Shown here one piece after another: positions 59,024 to 64,000 of a stretch of 64,000 nucleotides of DNA. Position numbers and translations under genes: made by a program. Below the pieces are notes generated by a model. It did no database searches and was not told the DNA's origin. It saw only the letters and a program-made list of their open reading frames with translations. This DNA is from a virus (taxonomy: Duplodnaviria > Caudoviricetes): IMG/VR virus record IMGVR_UViG_3300021400_003144, one strand, 5' to 3'. How positions within the stretch are numbered: the stretch's first letter is position 1; every line of letters starts with the position of its first letter.

Positions 59024-59725
59024 ATGAGTATTATGTTTGATTATTCTAAATATCTTGTTGTAGCTATACCTAATCGTGAAGTAATCAGTAAGATGAGTCC
59101 TGATGATAAGTATATTGGTATAGTTCCAGTTGAAACTAAAGAGTGGACTTGGATAGATGCTAAGAAAGCTTGTGAGCTAGGTATTTTAAAAGAAGATAAT
59201 ACTAAGTACAGAGTGAAAGGTTATATATTTGCATACAATGAATCTGAGGGATTAAATATTGAGCCTAACGTTTATGATGTAAATGATGATTTTGATAAGG
59301 ATTATTACAGGGCTAAACTGATAGGCAGTAGAAAATCCTCATATATAATTCCATATAATAAGGTATGTGCATCTATGAATGATGATGATTCTGTTGATGA
59401 ATTTTATTCAGAGATAAATAATCTTTGTAAAAAGTATGGGCTTGAGAGTGAACAGGATAAAAGAATATGGTCTAAGATATTAGGATATAAAGTCATCAGT
59501 GAGGGTAAGATAAGAGTTACGTTTAAGAGGGGAGACTCTCTTGTTGATGATAAGGTAATAAAGACTAAAGAAAATGCTATAGGCTTAGATGCCTATAGAT
59601 ATCTAGTAAACACTGGAGTTATAGATAAGAGCATAGATAAAGGTACAAAGTACAGAAGATGGTATCCTTGTGACTTAGTTGTAAGTGATGATGCTATTTT
59701 TTGTACTATAAGAAGGTACTTATAA
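59024..59725 (+). CDS. Hypothetical protein
   Basis: 233 aa. Confidence 0.6.
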   Translation: MSIMFDYSKYLVVAIPNREVISKMSPDDKYIGIVPVETKEWTWIDAKKACELGILKEDNTKYRVKGYIFAYNESEGLNIEPNVYDVNDDFDKDYYRAKLIGSRKSSYIIPYNKVCASMNDDDSVDEFYSEINNLCKKYGLESEQDKRIWSKILGYKVISEGKIRVTFKRGDSLVDDKVIKTKENAIGLDAYRYLVNTGVIDKSIDKGTKYRRWYPCDLVVSDDAIFCTIRRYL

Positions 59726-59807
59726 AAATCTAAATGACTTTAAATATAACTTAAAATTATATAATAAGTGTTATTTTTAATTAATTTTTAAATTAATGAG
59801 GTTCAGT

Positions 59808-60920
59808 ATGAAAAAGAAGTTATTAACTATGATGATTGTAGGACTTGCAGCTATGCAAGTAACAGCCTGTGGAGGAAAGAAAACAATAGAGAAAGAATCT
59901 TCTCCAAAGGCAGAGTCAACTTCAAGAGAATCAGAAGAATCAGATAAAAAGTTAGAAGAAACAGATGAACACATATATGGACAGCTTCCAAAAGAAAAAT
60001 ATGAAGAGGTAGCTCTTCAGTTTGTAGAAGCTATCACAAAAGGCAATTATGAAACAGCTTGCAGTCTTATGGCTCCTGATGATGAAAACGGATTTGAAAT
60101 GACTGCTGAAAAACTTGAGGAACTAGCTATGTATGGCAACTTAGCATGGATCTTTCAGAATAGTATGAACCATTCAATAGGTGAATGGGAGGTTGAGCCT
60201 AATAATGAGCAGAATGTAAAAGTACTTACAGATGGTTGGACAGGAGACAATGATGTATTTGTTACAGAAGTGGGTGATGAAGCAAAGATAAGCGGATATA
60301 TGTATGGTCTTGCATATGATGATGCACATGAGCTAAAAAACAATATTGAAGAAGCATATGCTAATGAACTTTCGGGAAATAAGAAAGAGTTTAAGCTGAG
60401 TTTTTATGACACTAACGATTGTACTTTACATGTATATAAAGATTTAGATGATGAAACAGATGAACTGATCAGAGGATACAATAGTGATACGCACATATAT
60501 TTAGATGATAAACATGGTGAATACAAACGTACTGTAGAATATGAAACAGAGTTTGATGCATCTGACAAATATCTTCCAGATTTTGAATACTTTAATGACT
60601 ATTATGAAAATATATTGTTTTCAAATGAGGATGCAGAGCCATTTGAATATGGAAATGGGAAAAAGGGGTACATAACATATGAATTTGAGCCAACTGGCAA
60701 TAGTGCCACTGTACATATACCTTTGTTCTATAGAGTAGATACAAAACAAGATGCTGATGAAGTAATGCTACATGCATTAAAAATAACTATTACTGAAAGT
60801 GCAAAATCAGATACTGAGAAGTTTAAAGAGTTTGTTCAGAGCTGCATCCCGGAATATAACAAGGATCTGATATTGAATTATGATCTGAATGAATCTTTAG
60901 AACTAGTAATTAACAAATAA
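59808..60920 (+). CDS. Lipoprotein
   Basis: MKKKLLTMMIVGLAAMQVTAC lipobox. Confidence 0.75.
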   Translation: MKKKLLTMMIVGLAAMQVTACGGKKTIEKESSPKAESTSRESEESDKKLEETDEHIYGQLPKEKYEEVALQFVEAITKGNYETACSLMAPDDENGFEMTAEKLEELAMYGNLAWIFQNSMNHSIGEWEVEPNNEQNVKVLTDGWTGDNDVFVTEVGDEAKISGYMYGLAYDDAHELKNNIEEAYANELSGNKKEFKLSFYDTNDCTLHVYKDLDDETDELIRGYNSDTHIYLDDKHGEYKRTVEYETEFDASDKYLPDFEYFNDYYENILFSNEDAEPFEYGNGKKGYITYEFEPTGNSATVHIPLFYRVDTKQDADEVMLHALKITITESAKSDTEKFKEFVQSCIPEYNKDLILNYDLNESLELVINK

Positions 60921-60946
60921 GACAATACAAGTAACAGGAGAAAAAC

Positions 60947-62251
60947 ATGAGAAAAAAGATATTAACAATGCTATTTGCTGGACTTGCAGCTATGCAGTTG
61001 ATGGCTTGCGGAGCTGTTAAGTTTGAGGTTAAAGGACCTACAAGTAGAACTGGGGCTAGCATTACAAAAGATGGAAGTACAACTGGTTCATCAAATACTA
61101 AGACACTTGATAGGGGAAGTGCATCATTTAATATAGATGATAGCAAAGCAGAATTTACTAATGTATCATTTGATATTCCTGCTGGATATAAGGTTAGTGT
61201 TGAAACTGTTGATGATGCTTTTGTGTACAATCAGGGTGTAGTTACAGACAGCAATGGAAAGTTTGCAGCTAGTATAGTAGAGGGAAATTATACAGAAGAT
61301 ATTACAAAAGTAAATTATAACGAGGCTTTAAATGAATTACTTAAGCCATTTCAGGTAACAGAGAAACTTGATTTTGATACTTTAGGTAATGCAGGTAAGG
61401 TATCAAGTATTGAAGATGGTGTACTATATAGTTGTGTGCAGTTTAGCAATGGAGTAACAATTTTCATTAGAACTGAGGGCAGTAACTACTATATGGTAGC
61501 TGTTCAAGATTTAGATAGTACATATGATTTACTCGGAAAGATTGGATTTGATAAATATCTGAAGTATTCATTAGAAAACGCAAAGGCTGAAGCAAAGAGT
61601 GACAGAGAGACTGAGAGTAGTAAGGCTGATAGCAGTAGTAAGGCTGATGAAAGAGATTATGAAACAGTACAGTCTGAAAGTGAGTCTTATAAAGAAGTAG
61701 ATGACATTAGAGAAACTAATGGAAATGCAGATGAATATAAAGAAGGCTTAAAATCAAAGATTGAGTTTAAGGATGGTGAGGATACTTTTAATGAAACACA
61801 GAGTGAAGTTAAGGCATCTGGGGATACATCTGGGGATATAGCTAAATACTTAATAACACTTGATAATAAGCCTTATTCAGTTAATATTGATAGTTCACTT
61901 GTATCAGATTCAACTGACCACATCATTTTTCTGGATAATGGACTTGAGAGTGTAAGTGCTACTATAACAGATAGTTATGTTGATATTGGTGATACAGAAG
62001 AGTTACAGCTGGAACTTAAATCACTTGAGGATGTAACAGGTAAGAAGGGTCAGTTGGGTAATGTAACATTTGAAAATGGGCAAGAAGATGCTTATGTAAT
62101 AGCATTAGAGGATGATGATTGGAATAAATTGGAAGTTTATCAGCCAATTACAGGATATAATCATTATATTAAGGTAGAAATTACTGATTTTTCAAAGTCT
62201 TATGATATTGATACACTTATTAATACTTATGGTGTAAATACAACAGCATAA
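60947..62251 (+). CDS. Lipoprotein
   Basis: MRKKILTMLFAGLAAMQLMAC; signal similar to 59808. Confidence 0.75.
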   Translation: MRKKILTMLFAGLAAMQLMACGAVKFEVKGPTSRTGASITKDGSTTGSSNTKTLDRGSASFNIDDSKAEFTNVSFDIPAGYKVSVETVDDAFVYNQGVVTDSNGKFAASIVEGNYTEDITKVNYNEALNELLKPFQVTEKLDFDTLGNAGKVSSIEDGVLYSCVQFSNGVTIFIRTEGSNYYMVAVQDLDSTYDLLGKIGFDKYLKYSLENAKAEAKSDRETESSKADSSSKADERDYETVQSESESYKEVDDIRETNGNADEYKEGLKSKIEFKDGEDTFNETQSEVKASGDTSGDIAKYLITLDNKPYSVNIDSSLVSDSTDHIIFLDNGLESVSATITDSYVDIGDTEELQLELKSLEDVTGKKGQLGNVTFENGQEDAYVIALEDDDWNKLEVYQPITGYNHYIKVEITDFSKSYDIDTLINTYGVNTTA

Positions 62252-62335
62252 GTATTATGAAAAGGCTAACAATAATAAGGAGTATGCAGAGGATATTAGT
62301 TAAAGTACAAGGAGGTACAACATAAAGTGATAGGT

Positions 62336-64000
62336 ATGAGTAAGAAACTTATTCCAGTAGCATTAGCTACTGGATTTTTAACAATTATGCTTGGAGGAGG
62401 CAATGCATTTGCTAGTGATATACAAGCACATTCTGAACCTGAAGGTGAATATACAAATCCTATAGATATTACTTTTAAAGTAACAGATCCATATAATGTT
62501 GGAACCAACAAATTTACATTATATATGCCAGTGAATGCCCTGGATTACTGGACTCCAACAAAATATGTGAAGGCTGCTGAAGCTTATGCAGATGCTGATG
62601 GAAATGTTACATTTCCAACTTTTTATAGCAATGGTGAGCATCAAGTATATATGAATCCTATGGATGTTGGTTTTGACCCTGTGGTAATTCAGAGTGTGCC
62701 TGATGGGGCACCTGATTGGGCATATGTATTTGGTGGTGCAGGATATCTAAAACATTTATATGATAATATTTATGAGTATGAAGCTGGGATCAATCTGTCT
62801 GGTTATGAAGGTTATGAATCAGTAACAGCCAATTTAGACGTTTATCATTATGATACATCTGCAGGTACACCTTTCATAATTGATAGATTTAATCCTGATT
62901 TTCATAATAAACCATGGAAGAAGTCTATAGACATTAAAGCTAATATAAACAATTCAGGTGAAGGACCACTAGAACAATTTGAGTTATTTGATGAAGATGG
63001 GAATAGCTTAGGCTTATCATCTGTAAATAGTGATGGACAAGTTGTTTGGAATATAGAAGAAAAATGGGATGAGGTATGTGCAGATAATGTAGTAGAACTG
63101 TTTGTAAATAATGATAAGATTATATATTATAGCATTAACACAAGTGGAGATAATGTATCAAGAAATCTTAGTAATACTATATATAATAATGTAAGCAATA
63201 ATCATACAAAGAATTATAAGATTGTACAGAAGAAAGGTACAGATGCTGATTATGTATATGATAATACAGAATTTACAATTAGTACATCAATGCATATTGA
63301 CAAAAATGCAGGGTTAGTTGTTGATGAGCTTGCAGTTCCAACATTCACAGTAAATAATACAAAGATGCAAAAAGGTAGAATTAAATTAGAACTTGAAGTA
63401 GCACAGGATGTAGACATAGGTAACTTGGACTTACAAAATAATCTTATAATTAGCAATAATGATACTAATATAAATGGTGTGGTGACAAAGAATGGTGATA
63501 AATACATATATGTAAGTGATGATAATCTAGAAGGGAATAGTTTTAACCTAAAAGTAAAAGGGTTGCCAGAAGGTTTAATAGCATTACACATAAAGAAAGC
63601 TGATACTAGTGAAGATGGATTTATTACATATACAGGGTTAATACAGAATTTAGATGCTTGGCTAAGTGAAGTAGAGATAGCAAATAGGACAAATATACCT
63701 GTGTATTTTGAATATGATGTTAATGCTGAAATGAACAGCGGATATTCAAGTAGCAGATTTGATATATACTGTGATGGAGAACAGACAAGTTTCTATGATT
63801 ATATAAATAAAACAAGTAATAATAACTATACAGGAAGAATATCTATTGGTGATTTAAGTTTAGATGAATCTAGCATGAGTAAATATAAGATTGGAGATAC
63901 TGTTGAATCATCAGATATAAGAGAAGGCTTAATAAATAGTAGTTTTAACTCTCAAAGTTCACGTGCACTAAGCGATTTTCGTGACATATATTTTAAATAT
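62336..64000 (+). CDS. Large secreted surface protein (partial, runs off window), Spy0128-like domain
   Basis: MSKKLIPVALATGFLTIMLGGGNAFA signal; YKIVQKKGTDADYVYDNTEF resembles domains of 8418 ORF; same frame is open at the window end (middle not checked codon by codon). Confidence 0.65.
   Translation, partial: MSKKLIPVALATGFLTIMLGGGNAFASDIQAHSEPEGEYTNPIDITFKVTDPYNVGTNKFTLYMPVNALDYWTPTKYVKAAEAYADADGNVTFPTFYSNGEHQVYMNPMDVGFDPVVIQSVPDGAPDWAYVFGGAGYLKHLYDNIYEYEAGINLSGYEGYESVTANLDVYHYDTSAGTPFIIDRFNPDFHNKPWKKSIDIKANINNSGEGPLEQFELFDEDGNSLGLSSVNSDGQVVWNIEEKWDEVCADNVVELFVNNDKIIYYSINTSGDNVSRNLSNTIYNNVSNNHTKNYKIVQKKGTDADYVYDNTEFTISTSMHIDKNAGLVVDELAVPTFTVNNTKMQKGRIKLELEVAQDVDIGNLDLQNNLIISNNDTNINGVVTKNGDKYIYVSDDNLEGNSFNLKVKGLPEGLIALHIKKADTSEDGFITYTGLIQNLDAWLSEVEIANRTNIPVYFEYDVNAEMNSGYSSSRFDIYCDGEQTSFYDYINKTSNNNYTGRISIGDLSLDESSMSKYKIGDTVESSDIREGLINSSFNSQSSRALSDFRDIYFKY

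Noticed and set aside
158-63591. Numerous minus-strand and nested short ORFs in the track
   Set aside because: They are antisense shadows of long + strand genes with biased Ser/Leu/Ile/Phe composition and no evident RBS. Only 24281-24595 is retained.
1-64000. Stop-codon recoding (TAG or TGA read-through)
   Set aside because: Genes are long and closely packed under code 11, and TAG/TGA terminate ORFs right before the next RBS or terminator.

Overview
AT-rich window with nearly all genes on the + strand. Most encode hypothetical or paralogous proteins, lipoproteins and cell-wall-binding proteins, and there are no housekeeping operons. It most likely comes from a jumbo phage or giant extrachromosomal element of a Firmicute, probably Lachnospiraceae-like (inference; no virion genes are in the window). 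Recognisable proteins are an SF2 helicase, signal peptidase I, two EAL-domain phosphodiesterases, a reverse transcriptase, a HipA-like kinase, a DNA adenine methylase, a NERD protein, a 3D-domain protein, a ClpA/C-like ATPase and a HAD nucleotidase. A ~5.6 kb RNA island (24.7-30.4 kb) holds tRNAs, tmRNA, a probable ROOL RNA and many unclassified structured or tRNA-like RNAs. The top candidate for a new system is the RT locus. The non-retron, group-II-like RT (YSDD) is directly preceded by two 144-nt-period ncRNA units. Each unit has conserved flanks, its own closing inverted repeat and a sequence-variable 52-nt hairpin. The RT is followed by the HipA-like kinase and the methylase. Other notable signals are two small RNAs antisense to the tRNA immediately downstream, a circularly permuted (Y-RNA-like) tRNA mimic, several tRNA scaffolds with rebuilt anticodon arms, and a duplicated pair of covarying RNA motifs. 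All calls were made by eye, with no searches run.
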